64,000 nt of DNA from an uncultured Gemmatimonadales bacterium (GTDB lineage Bacteria; Gemmatimonadota; Gemmatimonadetes; Gemmatimonadales; GWC2-71-9), in assembly GCA_963739455.1 (NCBI GenBank), contig CAVUAK010000001.1, positions 544,001-608,000 of the forward strand. The letters run 5' to 3'. Shown here one piece after another: positions 53,213 to 63,541 of this stretch. The notes beneath the pieces are model-generated. The model did not search any database. It saw only the letters and a program-made list of their open reading frames with translations, and was not told the origin of the DNA. The stretch's first letter is position 1, and each line of letters starts with the position of its first letter. Made by a program: the position numbers and the translations under genes.

Positions 53213-55828
53213 CTACGCTCCCCTGATCACGCCTTCGGCCCGCGCGCCGCTGAACGCATCCGCCGCTACATCGCGAATCGCATCTGCCGTAACCGACCGG
53301 TAGCGCGCTGCCGGGTCCTCGAGTTCCTGCAGCCCCTCCCCCGCCAGCCAGGCATCGACAATTTCTCCTACCACGGCGCTGGCGCTCTGGCGCGAGATCT
53401 CCGCCTGGCCCGACAGGTAGTTCACTCCCTCGGACAGTTCCTGGTCGCTGACACGCTCCTCGGCGAAGCGAGTCAGCTCGGTCAGCATCGCCGCGCGCGC
53501 CTCATCCTCGCGCTCCGGTGAGGTGGCGATATAGGTGAGCATCGCACCGCCGTCGCGGCGCGGCCATGCCGTGCCCACCACGGTGTAGGCCAGCGAACGA
53601 CGGTCGCGCAGCGCGTCGAACAACCGACCACCAAGGCCGCTGGCGACCGCCCCCCACACATCGGCCGCGTGACGCTTCGGGTCGCGGCGGTCGGGCCCAG
53701 GGAACGCCATGGCGAACGCAGTCTGTGCCTTCGCGCGGGACGCGACCCGTTGCCAGTCATCCGGACGTGGCTGCACCAGCTGGCGCGCGCGCGGAGGGGC
53801 AGCCGCGCCGCCGGGTGCGTCACCGAATACGCCCGCCACTTCTGCCGCCGCGGTATCGGGATCGAGGTCGCCCACCACGACCAGCACGCCGCGCCGGCCG
53901 GCAAAACTGGTGCGATGCCAGGCGCGCACGTCATCGATGCCAAGCTGTGGAAGTGTGTCCACCGTGCCGCCGACCGGACGGCCATACCCGCGATCACGGA
54001 ACGCCGCGCCGAAGGCCAGCTGGAACGGGTAGCGGAACATGTCGTCCGCCACCTGTCGCGCTTCCTCCATCAACAGCCCTCGCTCCGTGAGCACGTCGAG
54101 TTCGTTGAACGCCGGCTCGAAGGCGGCGAGGCGCAGCAGCGTCGCAGCCCTCCCGAGATTCTCGCTAAGGACCGGCAGGCTCAATCCGGCCCAGTCGATC
54201 CCGGCGCTGGAGCCGAGCGATCCACCCAGGCCTTCCGCGGCGAAGGCGAGCGCCGCGCCGTCCAGCGGACCGGCACCCCGAATGATCGACCGCATCGCGA
54301 GGGCGCCGACTCCGGCCATCTCGGGTGCCTCCGACGCATCGCGCGGCACGTAGTAGCCCAACGTCACCGCGGGCACGCCCGGCTTCCTTCGAATGAGAAC
54401 GTCGAGCCCGCCGAGCGGCACGTGCAGCACCTCGGCGGTGCGCGATCCCTGCACCCGGCGCGGCGTCGGTGTCGCCGGGGCACCCGCCTCCGGTGGTGCG
54501 ATGGTCGTGAGGGCAGCCACCGCGAATGCCGCTGCGAGACGCTCAGGCGTGAGGTCGTCGCCCTCACCATCGGGCAGGTACACCACCGCACTCACGCTCT
54601 CGGGCAGGAGGTAGCGCCGCGCCACGTCTCGCACCTCATCGGCGGTGACGGTGCCCAGCCGTTCGTATTCCTCGTCAAGGAGCTCGATGCGCCCGAGCGC
54701 CTCGGCGCTGGCCAGTGCCGAGGCGCGGCCCTCCATCGATTCATTGCGCCGGGCCCAGCGGGCCTGCAGCAGTGTGCGCGCGCGGTTGAGATCTGTCTCC
54801 CCCGGCCCGAGCAGTGCCAGCCTGCTTGTCGCTGAAGCGATGCCCTCGAGCACCTGGTCCACGCGCGCCGGCTCCAGATCGGCCGAGATGGAGAACACGC
54901 CGACATCTCCCGGGGCATAGTTCGACGCGCCCACACCAGTCACCACTCCCGGCTCGCGCAGGATGCGGTACAGCCAGCTTCCGCGCCCGGCGCTCAGCAC
55001 CGCAGCCGCCACGTCGAGCGGTACGCTGTCAGGGTGCAGCGCATCCACCGTGCGCCATCCCAGCGTCAGTTCGGCGCGCGTCACGTCACCACGCAGCGTG
55101 CGCGCGCGCACCCCCGCGTGGACGGGCTCGGCCGGTGAAGGGTCCACCGCCCCGGGAGCGGCCTTCCAGTCACCGTATGCCGCGCGCAGGACGGCAAGCG
55201 TCTCCTCTACCGGCACGGCGCCGACCACGGAAACGATCGTGCGCTCCGGGACATAGCGCGACCGGTAGTAGCCCGCCACGTCATCACGCGTGTACGCCGA
55301 CAACTGGGCCTCGGTGCCGATCCGCCACCGGCGAATCCGGTGATGATCAAACATCAGTTCGTGCAGCGTCTCGTAGGTCACTGCATCCGGGGTGTCGAGC
55401 TTGCGATTCGCTTCCTGCACAATGACGCGCAGCTCCCGCTCGAGCTCGCCGGCATCGATGAGAGAATGGCGCAGGGCGTCGGCCTGGATATCCACCGCGC
55501 GCGCCAGGGCGGAGGCGGGCAGCACCACGAAATAGCTGGTGCGATCATAGGAGGTGGATGCGTTGAGGTAGCCGCCCGCGGCCTTCGTTTCCCGCGCGAT
55601 CTGTCCGACAGCGCGGGTGGGAGTGCCCTTGAAGAACATGTGCTCGAGAACGTGCGAGATGCCGATCCAGCGATCGGGCTCGTCGAAGAACCCGGCGCGC
55701 ACGTGGGTAATGGCCGCGACGGCCGGTGCCGAGTCGTCGCGCTGCACCAGGAGCGTGAGGCCGTTCGGCAGCACCTCGCGGTGCACGTCGGCGGTCCAGC
55801 GGCGGGGAGGTGTGGCAGTGTTGGTCAT
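53213..55828 (-). CDS. M16 (pitrilysin-family) zinc peptidase, two-lobed
   Basis: LPNGL, GISHVLEHMFFKGT (HxxEH), NASTSYDRT, C-terminal RLFDALRDRRSLAYTV. Confidence 0.9.
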   Translation of the reverse strand: MTNTATPPRRWTADVHREVLPNGLTLLVQRDDSAPAVAAITHVRAGFFDEPDRWIGISHVLEHMFFKGTPTRAVGQIARETKAAGGYLNASTSYDRTSYFVVLPASALARAVDIQADALRHSLIDAGELERELRVIVQEANRKLDTPDAVTYETLHELMFDHHRIRRWRIGTEAQLSAYTRDDVAGYYRSRYVPERTIVSVVGAVPVEETLAVLRAAYGDWKAAPGAVDPSPAEPVHAGVRARTLRGDVTRAELTLGWRTVDALHPDSVPLDVAAAVLSAGRGSWLYRILREPGVVTGVGASNYAPGDVGVFSISADLEPARVDQVLEGIASATSRLALLGPGETDLNRARTLLQARWARRNESMEGRASALASAEALGRIELLDEEYERLGTVTADEVRDVARRYLLPESVSAVVYLPDGEGDDLTPERLAAAFAVAALTTIAPPEAGAPATPTPRRVQGSRTAEVLHVPLGGLDVLIRRKPGVPAVTLGYYVPRDASEAPEMAGVGALAMRSIIRGAGPLDGAALAFAAEGLGGSLGSSAGIDWAGLSLPVLSENLGRAATLLRLAAFEPAFNELDVLTERGLLMEEARQVADDMFRYPFQLAFGAAFRDRGYGRPVGGTVDTLPQLGIDDVRAWHRTSFAGRRGVLVVVGDLDPDTAAAEVAGVFGDAPGGAAAPPRARQLVQPRPDDWQRVASRAKAQTAFAMAFPGPDRRDPKRHAADVWGAVASGLGGRLFDALRDRRSLAYTVVGTAWPRRDGGAMLTYIATSPEREDEARAAMLTELTRFAEERVSDQELSEGVNYLSGQAEISRQSASAVVGEIVDAWLAGEGLQELEDPAARYRSVTADAIRDVAADAFSGARAEGVIRGA

Positions 55829-55861
55829 GTTGGAAACTTAGTGAGGTCGTGTATTGGAAGC

Positions 55862-55927
55862 GGGAACAGGGAACTGGGAACAGGAAGCGCGGTATGGTTC
55901 CCGCCCCCTGTTCCCTGTTCCCTGTTC
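55862..55927. repeat. Inverted heptamer-repeat element, copy 2
   Basis: GGGAACA GGGAACT GGGAACA GGAAG-spacer-CCGCCC-(CTGTTCC)x3. Confidence 0.85.
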
Positions 55928-55936
55928 GCGCCGTTC

Positions 55937-57055
55937 CTAGTGCAGGATCCGCAGCACTCCCGCTTCTGAACTTCCGCGGATGAACGCTTCTGCATCTGTC
56001 AGCGGAATGACGATCCCTGTCTCGGTGCGACCGCGCCGGGCCAGGCTGGCCATGAACTCACTCATCGGGGCGTCGGCCCACTCGGGCTCGGCGTCCTTCA
56101 TCTGCAGGAGAATTTCTTCCCAGGTACCGCGGAAGGAATGTCCCGCCAGCGTGGCAACGTGGTGCGCCGCATCGCCGCCGGGGCGCTTCTGCATCGCCTG
56201 AAGCTCCGTGAGCAGCGTGCCGAAGAGCTCGAGCTGGTGCGGGTCGCGCACCGTGCCGTCGGGCTGCTGCGCCTCGATCTCGGCCAGCAGCATGTCGATC
56301 GCGTCGGGTTCGCCCGCCACCTCGCCCAGGCGGCTGTACCACGGCGCCAACTCGAGATCGTCGTCGGGCAGGCGGTAGACCGTCTTCTTGAGCTCGATGC
56401 AGCGCCAGATCCCGAGCTCGTCGTAGTGATCGTCGGGCTCGGTGCGCTCGAGATGGTGCAGTGCCGCCTCGGTCTCGCCCCGGTCGTAGAGCATGTTGGC
56501 GAGGTAGATGCGCGCCTCGGGGTACTGGGGCTCCAGCTCCAGGGCGCGCCGTATCCAGAAGAGCGCACCGGGATCGTTCCCGAGCCGGTGCGACGCGTAG
56601 CCGAGACATGCAGCCGCCTCGGGGGATTCTCCATGCGCCGTGACGGCGAGCTCGAAGTAGCGGTGCGCCTGTGCCAGGAGCCCCTCGCGAAAGCAGGCCC
56701 GCCCGAGCTGCAGCATGAGCTCGAGGTCCTCGCGGAACCCGAGTGCCACAATCCGTTCGTACGCGCGGAGCGCCCCGGCCCGGTCGCCGAGCTTGAGCAG
56801 CGCCTCGCCCAGTCCTGCCAGCGCGTCCTCATTGTCGGGGTCGAGCGCGATGGCGGTTTCGAAACTGCGGCGGGCCCACGCGTAATCCTCGCGGGCGAGA
56901 TGAGCGTATGCGGAGCCGACGTGCAGTTCCACCGCATTGGGATACAGCGAGAGCCCCTCACGCAGCAGCGCGAGCGCTTCCTCGTAGGATCCTTCATTGT
57001 AGAGCTGGTGGGCCTGTTCGTCGAACTCGTCGGAGCTACGGAATGCATCCGACAT
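55937..57055 (-). CDS. Tetratricopeptide-repeat protein
   Basis: About six TPR units (A..L.P....A...LG...) plus a distinct C-terminal domain. Confidence 0.8.
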   Translation of the reverse strand: MSDAFRSSDEFDEQAHQLYNEGSYEEALALLREGLSLYPNAVELHVGSAYAHLAREDYAWARRSFETAIALDPDNEDALAGLGEALLKLGDRAGALRAYERIVALGFREDLELMLQLGRACFREGLLAQAHRYFELAVTAHGESPEAAACLGYASHRLGNDPGALFWIRRALELEPQYPEARIYLANMLYDRGETEAALHHLERTEPDDHYDELGIWRCIELKKTVYRLPDDDLELAPWYSRLGEVAGEPDAIDMLLAEIEAQQPDGTVRDPHQLELFGTLLTELQAMQKRPGGDAAHHVATLAGHSFRGTWEEILLQMKDAEPEWADAPMSEFMASLARRGRTETGIVIPLTDAEAFIRGSSEAGVLRILH

Positions 57056-57212
57056 CGGCAGGGGGCCTCCCGTGCGGGTTGGTCAATATTACGGACACCA
57101 GCCCTGTCAGGCAAGAGTTTGGGTCACGACCGTCTCGAAATATCTATCGCCAACGGTGGGAAAGGCTTGCCGCGCCTTGGTCCGGGGCATTGCGGCAAGC
57201 GACTCACCGATT

Positions 57213-57236
57213 ATATTACTGACCGGTCAGTTATAT
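57213..57236. promoter_or_regulatory. Putative TetR operator palindrome
   Basis: ATAT-t-ACTGACCGGTCAGT-t-ATAT immediately before the GAGGAG RBS of tetR. Confidence 0.75.
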
Positions 57237-57245
57237 GAGGAGCAC

Positions 57246-57902
57246 ATGAACACGGTTGAGACAACACCTTCCCCACGGTGGCAGCGCCGTCCCGACGAGC
57301 GCCCAGACGAAATCCTCGACGCAGCGCTCGAGGTGTTCGGCGCGCAGGGTTTCTCCGGCGCGCGGCTGGAGGACATCGCACGCCGCGCCGGCGTCAGCAA
57401 GGGAACGCTGTACCTCTACTTCGATTCCAAGGAAGCGCTGTTCCGCGCCATGATTCGCGCGCGCATCGTGAGCGTGCTCGAGGAAGGTGAGAAGGAACTG
57501 CTGCACGCCGAGGGCAGCACGCGCACGAAGCTGGAACTGCTGATGCGCCGCATCTGGGCTGTGGTGGGTGATCCCTCGATGGCGAGGATTATCAAGCTGG
57601 TGCATGGGGAGTTGAACAACTTCCCGGAACTCGCGCGCTTCTACTATGAGGAAGTGATCCTGCGGGTGCGCTCCCTCGGTCTCGGCGTGCTGGCCCAGGG
57701 CATCGCCGCCGGCGAGGTGCGGCCGGAGCAGGCGCAGTTCGCCGCGCGCGCCATGCCTTCGCTGCTGGTGATGGGCAGCAAGATGCTCCACTTCTTTGCG
57801 CCCCTCGACCCTGCCCCGCTCACGGCCGACGCGATCCTGTCGGGCACCATCGACCTCGTGCTCAACGGTGTGTTGCCGCGCGACACCGGGACGGGCCGCT
57901 GA
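57246..57902 (+). CDS. TetR/AcrR-family regulator
   Basis: ILDAALEVF...GF....LEDIARRAGVSKGTLYLYFDSKEALF. Confidence 0.95.
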   Translation: MNTVETTPSPRWQRRPDERPDEILDAALEVFGAQGFSGARLEDIARRAGVSKGTLYLYFDSKEALFRAMIRARIVSVLEEGEKELLHAEGSTRTKLELLMRRIWAVVGDPSMARIIKLVHGELNNFPELARFYYEEVILRVRSLGLGVLAQGIAAGEVRPEQAQFAARAMPSLLVMGSKMLHFFAPLDPAPLTADAILSGTIDLVLNGVLPRDTGTGR

Positions 57903-57904
57903 TC

Positions 57905-59224
57905 ATGCGCGCGTTTCGCTCGGCCCTGGTCGCATCATTGCTCGCCGCGTCCCCGTTGGTGGCACAGGTGCCAACCCTCGCTGCTCCACAGGGCCCGCTC
58001 ACGCTCGACGAGGCAATGCGCTGGGCATGGCAGCGCGGCGTCGCGGCGTCGGTCGCGCGCCTCAATACCGAGGTTGCCGACGCCCGTGTCGGCCAGCGAC
58101 GCGCCGACCTGCTTCCACAGGTGTCGGGCCTCGTGGACTACTCCCGCCAGACGTTCAACCTTGATGAATTCGGCATTCCGATCGCGACCGGCGTCACCGA
58201 ACCGTTCGATCTCTACCACTTTCGCCTGAACGGATCGCAGACGCTGGTGAACCTCGCCGCCATCAGCAGGGTGCAGTCGGCGTCAGACTCATCGGTCGCT
58301 GCGCGCTTCGATGCCCAGTCGGTCGGCAGCAATGCCGCGGCGGTGGCGGGCGTTGCGTACGTGCGCGTGCTGGGAATCGCCGAGACCATTCGGGCGCGGG
58401 AGGCCGACAGCGCCATCGCGGCCGACCTGCTGGCGCAGGCGCGCCAGCTCTCCGACGCCGGCGTCAGCGCCGCGATCGACGTCACCCGGAACGAGGTGAA
58501 CCTCGCCGCGGTGCGCACGCAGCTGGTCATAACACGGAACCAGCTGGCGCGTGCGCGACTCGACCTGGCGCGCGCCTTGACGCTGCCGCCGGAGACCCCG
58601 TTGCCTCTCGCTGACTCGCTCGGCCAGGAGGATCAGGCGCTGCCCACCGACCAGGACTCGGCGGTGGCGTTCGCGCTCGACCACCGGCCTGAGGTGCTGG
58701 CGGAGCAGCGCCGCACCGAAGCAGTGCGGCTCAGCCGTCGCGCGGTGGGACAGGAGAACCTTCCCAGCGCCGGCATCTCAGGGCAGGTCCAGGAGAGCGG
58801 CCAGCAGACCGACGCGCTCAGTGGCACGTGGGTCGTGCAGGTGGGCGTGTCCATCCCGATCTTCGACGGACTCCGTCGCCAGAAGCGCCGCGCCGAGCAG
58901 AGCGCCCGCTACGACGCGCAGAAGCTGCGGGAATACGACGTGACGCAGCAGGTGGACGCCGAGGCCCGGCAGGTCGTGCTCGACCTCACTGCCGCGCGGG
59001 AGGAGCTCGTCGTTGCGCAGCAGCGTCTGCGCCTCGCCGACCTTGAACTGAAGCAGGCGGACGAGCGCGTCGCCGCCGGCGTGGCCGGCAGCGTCGAGAC
59101 CACGAACGCACAACGCAACCTCGTGGGCGCGCGCGACGCGCTCATCCAGGCCCGGGTTTCCCTGGACATTGCCCGGGTCAATTCATACCGCGCGCTCGGC
59201 GTCATCGTGCCCGCGGGCCAGTGA
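57905..59224 (+). CDS. TolC-family outer-membrane efflux protein
   Basis: Signal peptide LVA|Q; LTLDEA, two OEP repeats, VSIPIFDG. Confidence 0.9.
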   Translation: MRAFRSALVASLLAASPLVAQVPTLAAPQGPLTLDEAMRWAWQRGVAASVARLNTEVADARVGQRRADLLPQVSGLVDYSRQTFNLDEFGIPIATGVTEPFDLYHFRLNGSQTLVNLAAISRVQSASDSSVAARFDAQSVGSNAAAVAGVAYVRVLGIAETIRAREADSAIAADLLAQARQLSDAGVSAAIDVTRNEVNLAAVRTQLVITRNQLARARLDLARALTLPPETPLPLADSLGQEDQALPTDQDSAVAFALDHRPEVLAEQRRTEAVRLSRRAVGQENLPSAGISGQVQESGQQTDALSGTWVVQVGVSIPIFDGLRRQKRRAEQSARYDAQKLREYDVTQQVDAEARQVVLDLTAAREELVVAQQRLRLADLELKQADERVAAGVAGSVETTNAQRNLVGARDALIQARVSLDIARVNSYRALGVIVPAGQ

Positions 59225-59254
59225 AGTCACCGTACTTGCACCGCGAGCCTGATC

Positions 59255-60364
59255 ATGACTGACGTACTGACAGACATCCCTCCCGCCGCATCCGCTGGCC
59301 GCGCTTCCGCTGCGGAGGTTCCGGCCACGCGATCCTCGAGGGTGCGACTCGTTGTCATCCTGCTTGTCGCGGCTGCTGGGGCGACCTGGGGAATACGAAC
59401 CTGGCTGGCGAGCAGGCACGTGGTCACCAGCGACAACGCGCAGATTGATGGTCATATCACGCCCATCGCGCCCAAGGTGCAGGCCTTCGTGAGTCGTGTC
59501 CTGGTGGAAGACAACCAGGAAGTGAAGCTGGGTGATACGCTGGTCGTGCTCGACGCGCGCGATCTCGAGCTCCGGCTGCAGCAGGCCCGCGCCGACCTGG
59601 CGTCGGCGCAGGCACAGGCTGGCACCGGTCGCAACGCGGGCCAGGCGGCGGCACAACTCGCCATGATGCAGGCCCAGGCGGCCGGTGCCGAGGGCTCGGT
59701 TGCGGCAGCGGAAGCAGCAGCCCGGAAGGCTGCCGCCGACCTCGAGCGCTATCGCGGCCTGGCGGCGACCAAGGTGATCGCGGCACAGCAGCTGGACGCG
59801 GCGCAGGCAGCGAACGATGCCGCCATCGCGAACCTCGACGTCGCCCGGCGCCAGGCCATTGCCGCGAAGAGCCAGGTGGCGGCGGGCGCGGCCGCACTCA
59901 AGGGGGCCGATGCACGGCTCGCAGCGGCGGCAGCCGCCGTCGGCACCGCCGAGACCCAGGTCGGCTACACCGTCATCACCGCCCCGATCGCTGGCATCGT
60001 GGCGCGACGGCGGGTCGAGCCGGGCGAGCTGGTGCAGCCGGGCCAGGCCCTGCTCTCCGTTGTGCCGTCCACCGACGTGTGGGTCACGGCCAACCTGAAG
60101 GAAACCGAGCTGCAGTTCGTGAAGGTCGGCGACCCGGTCGAGTTCACGGTGGACGCCTATCGCGGCGTCACCTTCAAGGGCACGGTTGAGTCACTCAGCC
60201 CCGCCACGGGAGCGCGCTTTGCCCTGCTGCCGCCCGACAACGCGAGCGGCAACTTCACCAAGGTGGTGCAGCGTGTGCCGGTGCGCATCGCGGTGCCGAC
60301 GGAGGACCCGGCGCATCCGCTGCGGCCCGGCATGTCCGTCGACGTGTCGATCCGGGTGAAGTAG
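59255..60364 (+). CDS. emrA: EmrA-like HlyD membrane fusion protein
   Basis: SDNAQIDG, ITAPIAG, WVTANLKET, FALLPPDNASGNFTKVVQRVPVRI. Confidence 0.9.
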   Translation: MTDVLTDIPPAASAGRASAAEVPATRSSRVRLVVILLVAAAGATWGIRTWLASRHVVTSDNAQIDGHITPIAPKVQAFVSRVLVEDNQEVKLGDTLVVLDARDLELRLQQARADLASAQAQAGTGRNAGQAAAQLAMMQAQAAGAEGSVAAAEAAARKAAADLERYRGLAATKVIAAQQLDAAQAANDAAIANLDVARRQAIAAKSQVAAGAAALKGADARLAAAAAAVGTAETQVGYTVITAPIAGIVARRRVEPGELVQPGQALLSVVPSTDVWVTANLKETELQFVKVGDPVEFTVDAYRGVTFKGTVESLSPATGARFALLPPDNASGNFTKVVQRVPVRIAVPTEDPAHPLRPGMSVDVSIRVK

Positions 60365-60376
60365 CCGGTTCGACGC

Positions 60377-61963
60377 ATGGCCATCGCAGCGCTTCCCCTC
60401 CGGCAGGTACGCTCGGAGGCAGAGGTCTACCGGGTCCGGTACCTCATTGCCTTCGCCGTTACGCTCGCAAGCGTCCTCGAGCTCGTCGACACGAGCATCG
60501 TGAACGTGGCCATTCCCCACATGATGGGGAACCTGGGTGCGACGCTGGAGGAAGTGGCGTGGGTCAGCACCGGCTACATCGTGGCCAACGTCATCATCCT
60601 GCCGCTCACGCCCTGGCTCTCAGCCCGGTTCGGTCGGCGGAACTACTACACCGGCTCCATCATCCTCTTTACTGTCGCCTCCTTCTTCTGCGGCAACGCG
60701 AGGAGCCTCGAGGCGCTGGTCTTCTGGCGGGTCATCCAGGGCATCGGCGGCGGCGCGCTCATCTCGACGGCACAGGCCATCCTGTTCGACGTCTTCCCGC
60801 TCAAGGAACGCGGCACCTCCACGGCGATCTTCGGCATGGGCGTGATGGTGGGCCCTGCCCTGGGCCCGACGCTGGGCGGCTGGATTACCGACAACTATTC
60901 ATGGCCCTGGATCTTTTACATCAATATCCCGCTGGGCATCATCGCAGCCTTCCTCACCTGGTCGTATGTGCCGGAGCCGAGATACAAGGTCAGGGAGGAT
61001 GCGGGGGTCGACTGGCTCGGGCTGCTCTTCCTGATCATGGGTGTCGGTGCGCTGCAGATCCTCCTCGAGCGGGGTGAGTCCAAGGACTGGTTCGAGTCCA
61101 CGGAAATCATCATCGAGACCTGCATCGCGGCATTCGGGATGATCGCCTTCGTCTGGCACGAGCTCACCACCGAGCACCCGATGGTGAACCTGCGCGTGCT
61201 CAAGCGCCGGCAGCTCGCGGTTGGCGTGGTGTTCGCCAGCATCCTCGGGTTTGCCCTCTACTCGAGTGTCTTTGCCCTCCCGGTTTTCCTGCAGAACTAC
61301 CTCGGCTTCAGCGCCTGGGACACCGGCCGCGTCCTCCTGCCCGGCGCCATTGCGACCGCGATCACGATGGCGGTGGCCGGCAAGATGGCGAACAAGGTGG
61401 ACGTGCGACCGATCATCTTCTTCGGCGTGGTCCTGTTCGCTCTCTCGATGCGGCTCCACTCGCACTTCACGCTCGAGACCGGCCAGGTCGACCTGTTGTG
61501 GCCGATGATCCTGCGCGGCATCGGCATGGGACTCATCTTCGTGCCCCTCACCGGCCTCGCCGTGGCCGGCCTGCCGCCCTCCGACATTCCGCAGGGCACC
61601 GGCCTCTACAACCTGAGTCGCCAGCTTGGCGGCAGTTTCGGCATTGCCATCACCGCGACGATCCTGACGCACTTCCGTGAGCAGAGCCGTGAGGCGCTGC
61701 GCGCCCACGTCACCATCTACGACGACGCCACGCGCGGCTGGCTCGACCAGGTGACGCAGCGGATGCTGGCCGAGACCGGCAGCCTCGTGGCGGCGCAGCA
61801 GAAGGCCCAGGCCCTGCTCTCGCGCATGATCGAGGGCCAGGCGGCCGTCATTGCGTTCGAGAAGGTGTTCTTCATCATGGGCGCGGCCTTCCTGCTCGCC
61901 ACGCCACTGCTGCTCCTCTTCAAGACGGGCCGGGTCAGCGGCGGGGGTGGTGCGGCGCACTAG
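60377..61963 (+). CDS. emrB: EmrB-like DHA2 MFS efflux pump
   Basis: ELVDTSIVNVAIPHM, WVSTGYIVA, GPALGPTLGGWITD..SWPWIFYINIP, RQLGGSFGIA. Confidence 0.92.
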   Translation: MAIAALPLRQVRSEAEVYRVRYLIAFAVTLASVLELVDTSIVNVAIPHMMGNLGATLEEVAWVSTGYIVANVIILPLTPWLSARFGRRNYYTGSIILFTVASFFCGNARSLEALVFWRVIQGIGGGALISTAQAILFDVFPLKERGTSTAIFGMGVMVGPALGPTLGGWITDNYSWPWIFYINIPLGIIAAFLTWSYVPEPRYKVREDAGVDWLGLLFLIMGVGALQILLERGESKDWFESTEIIIETCIAAFGMIAFVWHELTTEHPMVNLRVLKRRQLAVGVVFASILGFALYSSVFALPVFLQNYLGFSAWDTGRVLLPGAIATAITMAVAGKMANKVDVRPIIFFGVVLFALSMRLHSHFTLETGQVDLLWPMILRGIGMGLIFVPLTGLAVAGLPPSDIPQGTGLYNLSRQLGGSFGIAITATILTHFREQSREALRAHVTIYDDATRGWLDQVTQRMLAETGSLVAAQQKAQALLSRMIEGQAAVIAFEKVFFIMGAAFLLATPLLLLFKTGRVSGGGGAAH

Positions 61964-62017
61964 GCACCATCGCCGGACCCCGCAGTATCTTCTGACCACC
62001 ATGCACCACCCTCCGGA

Positions 62018-63541
62018 ATGACGTTCCAGCAGAAACTCCTCCTCGGCTTCGGGCTGATGGTGCTCCCCGTGCTGCTGGTGGGCGCTGAGGCGATTCGCAG
62101 CAACGCCCTGGAGCGGCGGGCGCTGGAAACGCTGGGCGAGAGCCTGACCCGGACCCGGACGTATTCCGAGGTCGAGACGGCGATGTTCGACCAGAGTGAA
62201 GTGATCTGGCGCTCGCTGAGCGGCATGGAGCCCCGCGCGCGCCAGGAGTTCAAGCTCTCGAGCGAGGTAGTCGACTACTGGCTGGACCGGTGGGGCAGTG
62301 AGCTGCAGCCCGACGAGCGCGAACTGGCCGATGGTGTTCGCCGTATCGAGGCCGAGATCCGCACCGTCGCCGACAGCGTGTTCGCGCTCGAGGACCTGGA
62401 CAAGCGCGAGGAGGCCTACGCCTTCGCCAAGGGGCAACTCAAGGAGAGGCTGCTTCCGGCCCTCACCGAGATGAACCACCAGATCTACCGGAAGGCGCGC
62501 GAGTTCAGCGTCTCCCGCGCCTTCAGCAAGGTGGCGGAGATCGTGAACAGCGAGCGCACCCTCCTGTTCTGGATCCTGCTGCTTTCGGTGGCGGCCGGGT
62601 TTGCCGGGGCGTGGCTCATCGCCCGAAGCCTCGCGCGCCCGATCGGTGAACTGCGCCAGGCGATGACAGTCGTGGGCAGCGGCGACCTGGACCACCCGAT
62701 CACGCCGCGCTCCGGCGACGAGATCGGTGACTTGGCCCGGAGCTTCCAGCAGATGACGGGCAACCTCCGGCAATCGCGGGCGGAACTCGTGCACGTCAAT
62801 GCTGAACTGGCGGCGAAGATCGGCCAGCTCGAGACCGCCCAGGCGCAGCTGGTGGAACAGGAGAAGCTGGCGTCCGTGGGACAGATGGCCGCGGGTGTGG
62901 CCCACGGACTCCGGAATCCACTGGCGAGCCTCCGCGCGTCGGCACAACTTGCGCTGCGTCACCCCGACTCCCCCGCAGCCCGGGAGTCGCTGGAGTCGAT
63001 GATCAGCGAGGTGGACCGCCTCGACAAGCGCATCACCCACTTGCTTACGTTCTCGCGCCCGGCGCCACTGCACCCGATGCGGGAAAACCTGGCCATGCTC
63101 GTGGCGGGACTCGTGCCCGCGCTCAGCCGCCTGCTGACGGAGCGGGCGGTTACCCTGCGCACCGACCTGCCACAGGACCTGCCCGACACCATGCTCGATC
63201 CGATGAAGGTGGAGCAAACGATGCACGAGCTCATCGCCAACGCCCTCGATGCGATGCCGGGTGGCGGCACACTAGCCCTGTCCGCCCGCGCGAGCGATGA
63301 CCGCGCGAGCGTGCTGGTGGAGATTGCCGACACCGGCAAGGGCATCCCGGATGAGGTACTTCCGTTGGTGACGGATCCCTTCTTCACCACTCGCCCCGAG
63401 GGTACCGGGCTGGGCCTGGCCATCGCGAAGCGTTTCGTGGAACAGAACGGCGGCACGCTCGAGATCAGCAGCGCCGTGGGCCGAGGCACGACCGTTGGCA
63501 TCCGATTCCCCGCGGCCCCGGCCGTGGCGGCCAGCGCATGA
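62018..63541 (+). CDS. HAMP-containing sensor histidine kinase (NtrB-like)
   Basis: Two TMs with helical periplasmic domain, HAMP, H-box AHGLRNPL, N-box, DTGKGI, PFFTT, GTGLGL. Confidence 0.92.
   Translation: MTFQQKLLLGFGLMVLPVLLVGAEAIRSNALERRALETLGESLTRTRTYSEVETAMFDQSEVIWRSLSGMEPRARQEFKLSSEVVDYWLDRWGSELQPDERELADGVRRIEAEIRTVADSVFALEDLDKREEAYAFAKGQLKERLLPALTEMNHQIYRKAREFSVSRAFSKVAEIVNSERTLLFWILLLSVAAGFAGAWLIARSLARPIGELRQAMTVVGSGDLDHPITPRSGDEIGDLARSFQQMTGNLRQSRAELVHVNAELAAKIGQLETAQAQLVEQEKLASVGQMAAGVAHGLRNPLASLRASAQLALRHPDSPAARESLESMISEVDRLDKRITHLLTFSRPAPLHPMRENLAMLVAGLVPALSRLLTERAVTLRTDLPQDLPDTMLDPMKVEQTMHELIANALDAMPGGGTLALSARASDDRASVLVEIADTGKGIPDEVLPLVTDPFFTTRPEGTGLGLAIAKRFVEQNGGTLEISSAVGRGTTVGIRFPAAPAVAASA

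Noticed and set aside
60899..63226. Long antisense ORFs (775 aa here; also 2566-3990, 14902-16458, 27504-29243, 36968-38914, 47344-48912)
   Set aside because: Shadow ORFs typical of high-GC DNA, lying opposite well-supported genes and lacking recognisable motifs.
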